Below, piece after piece: positions 10,883 to 20,161 of a stretch of 64,000 nt of DNA. The DNA is from a virus. Made by a program: the position numbers and the translations under genes. The notes beneath the pieces are model-generated. The model made no database searches. It was not told where the DNA came from and saw only the letters and a list, made by a program, of their open reading frames with translations. The stretch lies in IMG/VR virus record IMGVR_UViG_3300028028_000133; one strand, given 5' to 3'. The first letter of the stretch is position 1, and each line of letters opens with the position of its first letter.

Positions 10883-12070
10883 TTATTTAGACAAATATTT
10901 CCCGGTCCATTTTTCGACAGATTCGGGATGAGCTGTTTTCACATAGCCCAGTATCCCGTTAATCTTGGCAGCGGGAAGTATGGACTTACCCGTCTGATGA
11001 TTATGTAGCATTGCTCTGTACACGCGCCGCGTCTTACGAGAAATCGTCGGCTTTCCGCTATTTAAGACATAGCCGGTTACAGATACTTTGCGAGGCAGTT
11101 GAACCATTTTGGTCTTTTTGCCATTTATGCGGTAACCAAATGATTTCAATTTGGTTTTTATTAACGCATACATTTTCTTCGCAGAGAATTTTTTTATACC
11201 AGCTGCATTGGCCGAAATGCAAATATCGTCTGCGTAGCGTGTGTACATAAGTCCGATGCCTTCACAAACATAGTTAACGTAAGCATCGAATTTGCTCAGT
11301 GCTATATTTAATAACCAGCCAGAAGTCGGGGCGCCTTGCGGAAGTCCGTTGTTATAAGTGCAATACTTTATAACCAAGTCCCTGCCATAATCACCGAGAA
11401 TATCTGCAAGTATGGGTGAAAGTGTTTTGACGGACGTGGACGGGAAAGCATCCTTGATATCTACCTTAAGCAATTTTGCGGCTTTGTTGTGCTGGACAGC
11501 GTTCGTATATGCTGATTTACTCGGCTGAAACCCGTGTGCATATATCGAGCAAAAGCGTGATTCATATAACAGGTTCAGTATTTTCTTTTGAACTACCTTA
11601 AGTCCGTCATTGGGAATCGTCAATTCCCTGAAACCGCCAGCTTTTTTCGGGATGCTGATTTTTCTATACGATATCTGCGTGTTTTCGAGTTCCTCTATTG
11701 GCAGAACCGAGGCAATTTCCTCAATCTTTTTTATCGCGCGAGATTCCCATTGCTTAAGACTTTTGTAGTATTTTTCGACATATGCTATATCGGGCGAACT
11801 CTTCGCCATTGCGGCGAACCTTTCAGTATCAACGATGCGCATGTATAGGTATCCCGCGTTGGGGTTATTATAAATTGCATCGCAAATTTTCCGGAACCCA
11901 GATTTAGAACTCCATATGTCTCTCCAAGCATCATGGAACGCGTTTTCACCGACTGCGGCCGTCTTGAGCAAAAATAGCCCTATCGTTTCCGTGAACGATA
12001 AAAAAGATACAGCAACTGCCGCCAGGTGAAATTCATTAATCAACTTGCTTTTTATTTCGCTTATTTTCAT
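10883..12070 (-). CDS. retron-type reverse transcriptase
   Basis: IPKKAGGFREL, AHGF, retron region X NAVQH, DIKDAFPS, LPQGAPTS, YTRYADD, region Y VTG; likely start ATG at 12070 (the track start at 12112 is TTG). Confidence 0.92.
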   Translation of the reverse strand: MKISEIKSKLINEFHLAAVAVSFLSFTETIGLFLLKTAAVGENAFHDAWRDIWSSKSGFRKICDAIYNNPNAGYLYMRIVDTERFAAMAKSSPDIAYVEKYYKSLKQWESRAIKKIEEIASVLPIEELENTQISYRKISIPKKAGGFRELTIPNDGLKVVQKKILNLLYESRFCSIYAHGFQPSKSAYTNAVQHNKAAKLLKVDIKDAFPSTSVKTLSPILADILGDYGRDLVIKYCTYNNGLPQGAPTSGWLLNIALSKFDAYVNYVCEGIGLMYTRYADDICISANAAGIKKFSAKKMYALIKTKLKSFGYRINGKKTKMVQLPRKVSVTGYVLNSGKPTISRKTRRVYRAMLHNHQTGKSILPAAKINGILGYVKTAHPESVEKWTGKYLSK

Positions 12071-12117
12071 TTTTTTTCCTCGCTTACTCCAATATCGACA
12101 TGGAGTTTTCAACTTAA

Positions 12118-12292
12118 GAGACTGGGCGTGCTATCTTGAAACATTATTACACGAGAAATTGCCGGGGAACCCGGGAATTTGGAGAGTAATAATGTTCTTA
12201 AATAACCACTATCTTTTCGTTTAGTCAGCGTTGACACTAACCAGGACAGTCTAAAACAACCGCCTATCCATTAACATAGTACGCCCAATCTC
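12118..12292 (-). ncRNA. retron msr-msd RNA, copy 1 (canonical upstream position)
   Basis: Inverted repeat GAGATTGGGCGTACTAT / ATAGCACGCCCAGTCTC; unpaired G at 12275; two msr stem-loops; AAAGATAGTGGTT linker; msd hairpin AACATTATTAC...GTAATAATGTT. Confidence 0.85.
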
Positions 12293-12386
12293 AAACCTTT
12301 TTTATTTATTGACCAGCACTCCCATTACTCCTCCTCAAAAATTAGTATGCGCCGGCATTAGCCTGTGGTTTATCTGCCGGCACATT

Positions 12387-12791
12387 TTATATAAGCATTT
12401 GCTCTTTGATTTTTCTGACTTCTTCTTTATCCATTGGCGACCATTTCGGGTTATAGAAATTGAGATTTCTCCATGCTACATGCTCAGCGGCTGCACGTCC
12501 ACCATCCCATTCCAATTCAACCCGATCAAATGTTTCCCTGCCGAGAACCGGCGGGAGTGCAGCTGTATCGGGGTAATGCTCAACCCATTTTATTTTGTAA
12601 ACCGGGAAGTTCGGCAATAATTCGTGAACTACTGCCGTTGCGATACCTTCGACGTAATTGGTAACTGATGTGCCCGGATTGTCGGGCAATTCCGTTAGCA
12701 CAACTATTTTCCCGCCTGTTCCGTCGTCAATGATTGACACGCCACATCTTGAATCGTGAACACCGTATCCTTTGTATTTAAATATTTTCAC
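12387..12791 (-). CDS. hypothetical protein, paralog of 41170..41547
   Basis: Shared VVLTELPDNPGTSVTN..EGIA, IKWVEHYP, ETFD..E.EWDGGR and NPKWSPM. Confidence 0.65.
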   Translation of the reverse strand: MKIFKYKGYGVHDSRCGVSIIDDGTGGKIVVLTELPDNPGTSVTNYVEGIATAVVHELLPNFPVYKIKWVEHYPDTAALPPVLGRETFDRVELEWDGGRAAAEHVAWRNLNFYNPKWSPMDKEEVRKIKEQMLI

Positions 12792-14548
12792 TTTTCCCTC
12801 CGCCCACAAAAATATCTTTTAGCACAACACCGAATATGCAATGAACAGCAAAAAACCACAGGCGGAGTCCTTTGACCTTCACAAACCAGTCAATCCCGAA
12901 CCCAGCACTTTTCTTATCTATCTCAATCACTATAATCATTTTCCTCCCCCAAGCCCGATCTTCGGCACGACGCCGTTGCCCGTCGTCTACTTATCTGCTG
13001 ATACCGACATCGCTGCGTCGAACTGTGCTTCTAATGCGACCGCCAGGGGCGATAGTATACCGTCTTCGTCAATCGTGACCGGAACCTTGTCGCCCATGAC
13101 CATACTGAACCGACCACGAATATCTTTGAACACCGTCACCTTTTCATCGCCGAGTTTGTATGTTTTGCTCACGAAGTCCTTTTCTGCTTCAGCAAGAGCA
13201 AAGATATGATTTGTTTGTGTTGTCTCAAATTTATCAGAAACCTCGATTGAATAAACTCTACTCATTTTTTCTCCTCGCTTTTTAATTATTTTTTTGCAAG
13301 ATGCTTGAGTATAGATTGTGCCGCTTCCTTAAATCCCTTCCGCGTGTATGTGTATATAATTTCAAAAACTTCAGATGTGTCAGACTGACCTGCTACCGAC
13401 AACTCAATTGTCTCGTTTTCGTTTATATCATCAGACGGAACTTTCGTGACATAAATAATAATTCCGTCAATGATGAAATTCTCAACAACATAGACATAGT
13501 GACCCTTCTCGCCATAAACCTTTCTTTTTTCTAACATACTGTTTTCTCTCCCTTAAGCGATATTCGTTAATATACGATAGTATCGTAATGATTTGCCGAA
13601 TTCTGATAATAGTTACCTATATTTACCCACAACATTTTTAACTTTTTCCGGATCAGTTACCAAACCCATTATTGCTTTACGATGTTTTTCTGCGTTGTTA
13701 TGAATTGCGAGTTTTGGACTTAGATACATCATCGGGTCCTGAACTCGTATATCGCCCAAATTTTCCAAGATGTATTTTTTCTGTGCTTCGTTAAGCCAGT
13801 CAAAGCTTTTATCCTTAAGATATTGTTCAGCATAACTATTTTGAATTGTTGAAAATTCAGCTTCCATAATTTCCTTTGCCTCCTAAACGTGACATCTAAC
13901 AGCCTAACGACTTCATGAACTTATACATTTTTCCGTCGTTGTTCCCTGTCTTTTTTTCCTGCTCCGCGGCATCAAGCAACATTACCACAAGGGTGTCCCA
14001 GTTCTCTATAACTTTCTGCCAAACAGGAGACAGCCCTTTTAGACAATTCAGATCCGCTTTAATCTCCGGACACGCCTCAACCAATTTGTAGCACCTGTAA
14101 AAATCAGACGTATCACAAGGATGCCATGGATTTTTGGCTATGTTCACGCCCGTTAAGAAACTTACAATGGTTTCAGACGACGCACCGCGGTCACCGTGGG
14201 CGAGCCAGTTATTGATGTTGTCTGTTATTTTCATCATTGTTCAGTCCTTTCGACAGCTGTCACAGTGGGTTATATTACCCTCTTGACGCGTATCGTAAAT
14301 GCTCCCGCATGTTTGACATTTTTCAAAATGGTCCGGTAATACTTGCGTTTGTTCTTGCAGAAACCAAATTATTTTGAACGCCATTGCTTTTGACAGATGC
14401 GGCGGTCTTTTTATTTCAATATTTTTCGGCAATTTGCCCTGTAAAAACTTATAGAGCTCCTTAACCTTTTCTACGGGTATTTCCTTTATGAAATTGTCCT
14501 TGCACCATTTTTCATGCTTACAGTTTTTTGGCATTTTGATTTCTCCTT

Positions 14549-14908
14549 TCATATCTTAACCACGCTCAATTTTTCAAAAGAAATAGTTCCCCGATATTCA
14601 AAACAGGTCGGCTTTTGCCCAGGATCCAATTTAATATTCGTGTCGGGGAAAATTTTAGATTTATTCAAGTCAGCTGTGTTTACTGCAAGAACAACGATTC
14701 TGTCGTGCCACGTATCTGGGACAGTGTCGGCAATCTCGGCATATGAATAGGCTTCGTCTTTGTCGGAAGCCAAACATACCACGCCGGGTCTTGAAGATTC
14801 CCATGATCGCCGACGGACTTCGCTGCCTAGTCCAAATCTTTTAATTCTTTTCAGATAGTGTGTGTATGTGGCATGATATAGAATTAATGGAATGTCTCTG
14901 ACATTCAT
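14549..14908 (-). CDS. putative ADP-ribosyltransferase/Tpt1-like fold protein
   Basis: LYHAT...I..FGL, VCLA, FEYRGTI pattern. Confidence 0.45.
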   Translation of the reverse strand: MNVRDIPLILYHATYTHYLKRIKRFGLGSEVRRRSWESSRPGVVCLASDKDEAYSYAEIADTVPDTWHDRIVVLAVNTADLNKSKIFPDTNIKLDPGQKPTCFEYRGTISFEKLSVVKI

Positions 14909-15536
14909 ATTTTATCCCTTGAATCGAACTTCCGGCTTTAATTCCGGACATTCCTTTTTAAGGAATTCCTCGGACTTCTTACGGATAAGTTCCAGTGCGG
15001 CGGGCGGCAAAATTTGATTGCTCGTCATAACTACCTCGCGTACCGGACCCCGAAAGGATATCGTTTCTGTACCGCCAAATATAGATTGCATCGTTTTGCT
15101 AATAGAGTCAGTAAGTTTTTTTACATCCGGCAAAAGTTTCTCAATTGCTATTACAACTTCAAATTTATATTCCATCTTATGCCCCTTTGAAAATAATTTT
15201 GCATATTCCTTTTTACATTTTTTGCAAATACTTGATTGAATAATTCCCTCAATCTCGTTTAATGGTTTCATTGGAATTATTCCATCGGTGTGCGTGGACT
15301 TGATGTCATTATCTTTTTTTAGATAATTCGGAATGCCAGATATTGAAATACTGTTGTATCCGCATTCTCCCCGTTGACGAATATGGTTAGAAAATTTTGG
15401 CTGACAGAGAATTTGACCGTCAACTATGATATGTCTTTTCTTCTGTGCCCATGCGAGGCAGACCACATGCTCGGTTTCCGATCCCGGGACTATTTGATTT
15501 TTAATTGAATTGATGTCCATACTTTTTCCTCCACTT

Positions 15537-16286
15537 TTATTTCGGAGTGCCGTCTATGTAGCGGCCGTTACGCATCGTAAAGCCCAGTTCTTTTTCCAGC
15601 GACAGTATTTTATTAAAGGCTTCTGGGTTATTTTTTTTCACGGCTTCAAGATCTGAATCCTTCATGTAAATACAAATCTGACAGGACAGTCTGCCGAGAT
15701 ATTGATATACCGGATGTAATGGAATATTCTTGCTTTTAAGATATTCCCGCACCTTCGTTTCCGACCAGTCGTGAATCGGTAAATAATTCCACACTGTTCG
15801 TGTCCGTGTAGATAAGGATTTATCCCTCTGCAACCGTAGTTTCTTTGAGCGAGCAGGGCTCTCTTCGGCACGGATCCCCATACAATTAATAATCACAGGA
15901 TCTTTAATATTCCTGCGTATCCACGTCTGTATTGGACCTCGCTTCAGGTCGCTCGTGCATTGCCGGCAATCCGGTGATGGAAACTTTCCTCTATGTTTAA
16001 TCATTGAAAAGAAATCTTTGTTTGGATTACGAACCACATTTATTTTGAGTCCAAATTTAGACACGATAGATTCACACCATTCCACAATACCCGTGTGTTC
16101 CCAGCCGGTGTCGGCCAATACCACATGCTTTTTTATATCCGGATATTTCTCGCAGAGGTAAACGAGCATAGCAGATGAGTCCTTACCACCGGAAAAATTG
16201 ATTACCATTTCCATTTTATTGTTCCTTTCGGCATAGCCGGACCCGGATGGCAAATACCATCCGGGATTATTTTGCTTATATTCCAA
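15537..16286 (-). CDS. phosphoadenosine phosphosulfate (PAPS) reductase family protein
   Basis: FSGGKDS PP-loop, DTGWE, RQCTSDLKRGP, GIRAEESPAR, PIHDWS, RLSCQIC. Confidence 0.85.
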   Translation of the reverse strand: MEYKQNNPGWYLPSGSGYAERNNKMEMVINFSGGKDSSAMLVYLCEKYPDIKKHVVLADTGWEHTGIVEWCESIVSKFGLKINVVRNPNKDFFSMIKHRGKFPSPDCRQCTSDLKRGPIQTWIRRNIKDPVIINCMGIRAEESPARSKKLRLQRDKSLSTRTRTVWNYLPIHDWSETKVREYLKSKNIPLHPVYQYLGRLSCQICIYMKDSDLEAVKKNNPEAFNKILSLEKELGFTMRNGRYIDGTPK

Positions 16287-17040
16287 GCACCGCCTTTATT
16301 GAATCTTTCCACATAACCTTGGGTTCAAGTTTCAACATATAGTATAACTTTCGGATATTGTCGTCTGTTTGCTGAGCCTTGATTAGTTCCACATATTTCA
16401 TGTCCTGCGGAGAAACATGCACTCGCTTAGATATCTTATTCATTTTTCCGAACCAAATGGTGTCCGTTATCAGCGATTCTAAGCAATAGAACATATCGCG
16501 AGCTTTTTCTACACTGCACAACATCGGCTCTGCGCTGATGCTCGTAGCAAAACCTTTTTCGAAAGTATATCTGAGAGATTGAGTCCGTTCTGAAGGCAGG
16601 GTTGCTCCCGGCTCCCAAAATGTGCTTATTCTCTCGTCAAGCGTGCCGATTGTGAATCGAAATAGAATCTGTGATTTGAATGATTCTAATTCGCGGCATA
16701 AAACTTTGACACATTCCAAGTGTGGTTTGGTAACTATCAATACTTTATTTCCCACACTGAGCCACCGTGTCAGATAATCAGTAACTACGCCGATGTGTTC
16801 CGACAGAATATCGTGACTTGTCGGGAACATGAAAGGGCGGTCAAGCTTTCTGGGGATAGCGTTCGCTTCGTTTTTATTCAAAGTCATCTGTTCCCACTCG
16901 GTAGAATTGCTGATTTTTTTAAATCTCAGTGCCGATGCTCTCGCGTAACAATATTTACAGTTATTTTTGCACCCAAAAAAAATATTACTGCCATACCCCG
17001 CCCATTCTCCCGTGCCCGTTAAAGCTTGTATTTTATACAT
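16276..17040 (-). CDS. radical SAM protein (DUF5131/SPL-like)
   Basis: CxxxCxxC (GCKNNCKYCYA), SISAEPML; likely start MYKIQAL. Confidence 0.75.
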   Translation of the reverse strand: MYKIQALTGTGEWAGYGSNIFFGCKNNCKYCYARASALRFKKISNSTEWEQMTLNKNEANAIPRKLDRPFMFPTSHDILSEHIGVVTDYLTRWLSVGNKVLIVTKPHLECVKVLCRELESFKSQILFRFTIGTLDERISTFWEPGATLPSERTQSLRYTFEKGFATSISAEPMLCSVEKARDMFYCLESLITDTIWFGKMNKISKRVHVSPQDMKYVELIKAQQTDDNIRKLYYMLKLEPKVMWKDSIKAVLGI

Positions 17041-17629
17041 TGATTTTGAACTCCTTAACCAAAATATTCCATATTGTGCTGGCAACACGTTCCTGTGACT
17101 GCGTCCCGTCTATCACGATGATTCTGTTGTCCGGATTTTGGGCTATCTGAACATATCTTTTCCTAACCTGTTTTAGGTAAGATTCTTTTTCAAACAGTTC
17201 GGTGCTCGCCCGTGAACCGTTGATTCTCTGCATACAAATCGACGGCAAGACATCAAGAAAAAATGTAATATCGGGTTTGGGCACGGTTGAATTTATGGCT
17301 TCAATCCATTCAACCGGATTGTTCAAACCATACGCCATAGAAGAAAAAACATACCTATCGGAAATTACTACCTTGTTAGCATCCATCGCGGGCTTGATTA
17401 CGGTCTCGTAGTGGTGTTTGCGATCGGCGGCGAATAACAGTTGCAATGTCGTGTTGTCGGTTTTGTGTTTATGCCGCAATATCCCGCGAATGAAATCGCC
17501 GATAAGAGTACCGTCGCACGGTTCTTTGGTCAATACTGACCCAGCGATTTTTTCTGATAGAATACGGCTTTGCGTGGATGAGCCTGCTCCGTCTAGCCCC
17601 TCTATTGCTACAAAAAATCCTTTTTTCAT
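17033..17629 (-). CDS. tmk: thymidylate kinase
   Basis: IEGLDGAGSSTQ P-loop (non-canonical S in place of K), TKEP, LLFAADR, SDRYVFSSMAY, PKPD. Confidence 0.85.
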   Translation of the reverse strand: MKKGFFVAIEGLDGAGSSTQSRILSEKIAGSVLTKEPCDGTLIGDFIRGILRHKHKTDNTTLQLLFAADRKHHYETVIKPAMDANKVVISDRYVFSSMAYGLNNPVEWIEAINSTVPKPDITFFLDVLPSICMQRINGSRASTELFEKESYLKQVRKRYVQIAQNPDNRIIVIDGTQSQERVASTIWNILVKEFKINV

Positions 17630-17631
17630 TT

Positions 17632-18186
17632 TTAGCCCTCCCGCAAATATACTGTTTCTACAACAGCGTCAATTATTGTATCAACCCGATGCAAGAGTGA
17701 CTGCACGTCGCTGTCGTTAATAATCGCGTAATCAACATTATCCAAAATTGCTGACTCAGTATTATCCCGGCCGGCAATATTGTTTTTTCTGGTCACGCTT
17801 ACCGTGTATATCTTATACCCTTTTTTGGAAGCTACACGGCAAGTATCCGCCAATTCTTTTTCTCTACGAATACCTTCAACCACTCCACCCGTGCCATTCA
17901 ATACATCTAAACATGCAACTCCTGGCGAATAATTTTCTGCCGCCATTTTATCGCCTTCAGTAATAAGCATATCGCGGTAGGCGTTCGGGTCAGTTGCCCT
18001 TATCTTTTTAATCGTGCCTGATGGCAACCCTATTTTCTTTTCTACCCTGTCAACAATGGTGTCTGATGTGCTCATGTGCGGAATGTTTAATTTTTTAGCA
18101 ATGTATTTACCCACAGTAGTTTTACCCGCCTGTGGTTTGTCTCCAACAACGATAAATAGATATTTCATATTTTTTCCTTTATTCAA
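17632..18186 (-). CDS. P-loop nucleotide monophosphate kinase-like protein
   Basis: GDKPQAGKTT Walker A, VVEGIRREKE, IINDS. Confidence 0.65.
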   Translation of the reverse strand: MNKGKNMKYLFIVVGDKPQAGKTTVGKYIAKKLNIPHMSTSDTIVDRVEKKIGLPSGTIKKIRATDPNAYRDMLITEGDKMAAENYSPGVACLDVLNGTGGVVEGIRREKELADTCRVASKKGYKIYTVSVTRKNNIAGRDNTESAILDNVDYAIINDSDVQSLLHRVDTIIDAVVETVYLREG

Positions 18187-18220
18187 TTCCGGACAGGCGG
18201 ATAGTTAAACCCGTCTCCGG

Positions 18221-18397
18221 TTATTTCATTTTCAACAAGTCTTCCCGTTTTAGTGTTATGTACGCATTTGCGTTTCTTGCTGCTCTCTCAATTTCTTTGT
18301 CAACGATTAAATCGAGTTCAGCAAGGAAGCTGGGACTTACGTGTTTTTTAAGCGCCTTGGCTTTTTTGCGGACCGAGGATACTCTTATGTAGAACAT
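18221..18397 (-). CDS. putative histone-fold protein (58 aa, not in the ORF track)
   Basis: Hand translation MFYIRVSSVRKKAKALKKHVSPSFLAELDLIVDKEIERAARNANAYITLKREDLLKMK; GGAGG RBS; pattern resembles bacterial and archaeal singlet histones. Confidence 0.55.
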   Translation of the reverse strand: MFYIRVSSVRKKAKALKKHVSPSFLAELDLIVDKEIERAARNANAYITLKREDLLKMK

Positions 18398-18426
18398 TTA
18401 GCCTCCTAAACAATAATCATTTTTTT

Positions 18427-18571
18427 AACGCTGCCAGAAATTGGACAAAAATAGAAAAAACCAATTTTGTGTATAAATATGCTCCCCTCTGTCTTCAAGA
18501 AAAGACGGGAGAAAGGAGCGTCGCCTTCAACGACCCTATTTTCACAAGCATTTTACTGCCCTGGCAGTGTT
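18427..18571 (-). ncRNA. candidate structured intergenic RNA
   Basis: Closing inverted repeat AACACTGCCAG / CTGGCAGCGTT enclosing nested hairpins (GCTCC...GGAGC, GTCG...CGAC, TTGTG...CACAA). Confidence 0.4.
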
Positions 18572-18916
18572 CATGGTTTTAAAATTAATTATCGACAATC
18601 ATTACATAGTCGACGTTTTTCCCGATTTTCTTTACAAGATTCTCAATTCTAATCTTGGTCGTCTCATTTGTGTCGTCATCGGGATTGGTAAGTATATTTT
18701 TGAGAGCTTCCATCCGATAAATTGCATTATCATATTCCGTATCTTCGAAAGCTTCATATCCACCAATTCTTTCCAGAACGTCTGAGTATATCTCTGCTTG
18801 ATTAATCACGGCAATGTGCCGTATTTCTATTTTAGGATTTTCAGGAACTGCTATCCTTATTATTCCTGCTACTTTTTTCTTTGCCATTGTTCCCTCCAGT
18901 GTGTTTCTAAAAAGTA

Positions 18917-19264
18917 TTATTTTAAAAATTTTATTCTCAGTTCGGCGACTCTATTGTCTTTGTTGAACCTTGCATAAACAGGATACTGTCCGTCGCCTAT
19001 TCCAGTTTCAGATGCCACGGCGGTAACCATACCGGTGTGCTCACTCAATCTAAACTCGCCAACAGATTTACTACTCCCGGCGATATTACAGGAATGGTCA
19101 TACAGATTCTGTGGTTTGTCATAGTTAATGTCAGCAAGTTCGTCAATCATGCTTTTTTGCAAAAATCCGGGATCAACTATAACAATTTGGCCCGAATCTA
19201 CTGATACTCTGCCGACCTGTTCCCATATTTTTCTGGTTTTTCTTTTACTTATCTTTTTAGACAT
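18917..19264 (-). CDS. DUF4241-like protein
   Basis: VSVDSGQIVIVDP and TGIGDGQYPVYA motifs. Confidence 0.55.
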   Translation of the reverse strand: MSKKISKRKTRKIWEQVGRVSVDSGQIVIVDPGFLQKSMIDELADINYDKPQNLYDHSCNIAGSSKSVGEFRLSEHTGMVTAVASETGIGDGQYPVYARFNKDNRVAELRIKFLK

Positions 19265-20161
19265 TCGTTACGCTCCTTTTGGGCAGTTGAGGGCTACCGC
19301 ACCGCCCATGATTTCCGTTTCGTTAGGCAGAGGATTGACAACAATCAATATCCCCTTATCGCAATTTTTGCAAGTTGAAACGTATTCTCCTCTTTCCCTT
19401 GCAGTTTTGACAAACTTTTTCATATTATGTCCGCGAAATTTCGCAGACGCTAACGCTGACCGCTTGAGGCTTTTCGCTTTGCGTTCGTCCCTGGCTTTTT
19501 GACAAAGCGGACATTTTTCTTTTAAGCCAAATCGTTTCCACTTATGAGACGGAAGTCCTTCCTGCCCGTTGCATTCTGAATACCATTTCCCTTTCTTAAT
19601 CACAGTTATTAAACTCATATGTTCCTCCAATCGCCCGTCAAGAGCAGGGACATTCCCGTCCCTACTTAATACCAATCTTTTTCTCTTTTGTCGTCGTCTT
19701 CGTCATCATTATCATCATACGATTCCCGCGTCTTTTTCAATTCATCAAACGTGAATTTTGTAACACGATGGCATTCATTACATTTGACACCAACATAATT
19801 AGAATGCGCTGTTATATCCTCGCTGCCGTCAAACGGCTCACAACAATATTGACATTCTGTGGTTTCAGAATCAATGAGATCTAATACAAGTTCCTGCATA
19901 GCGTATTTAGTCTCAAAAGATGTCTTTTTCTTACGTTGTTTGTGGCAAGAGATAGTTTTCTTTTTCTCTCTTTTAGCAACGATTTCTTTTTCTCTCGTCT
20001 GTTCTAACTTTTCAGCATTTTGAAATTCAGTTTTGGTTATTGTTTCTATTTGCCCACAAAAGGGGCATTGGCAGTCTACGGTATTATTGTCACCCACAAC
20101 ATGCTGTTGATTAAAATCTAATTCAAATGTTGTATAACAATGATGACATATTATTCCCATA

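Noticed and set aside
10883..12070. RT as a DGR or group II intron RT
   Set aside because: It has the retron-specific NAxxH and VTG motifs and msr-msd-like flanks. I saw no TR/VR pair with adenine-specific mismatches and no maturase or intron domain V.
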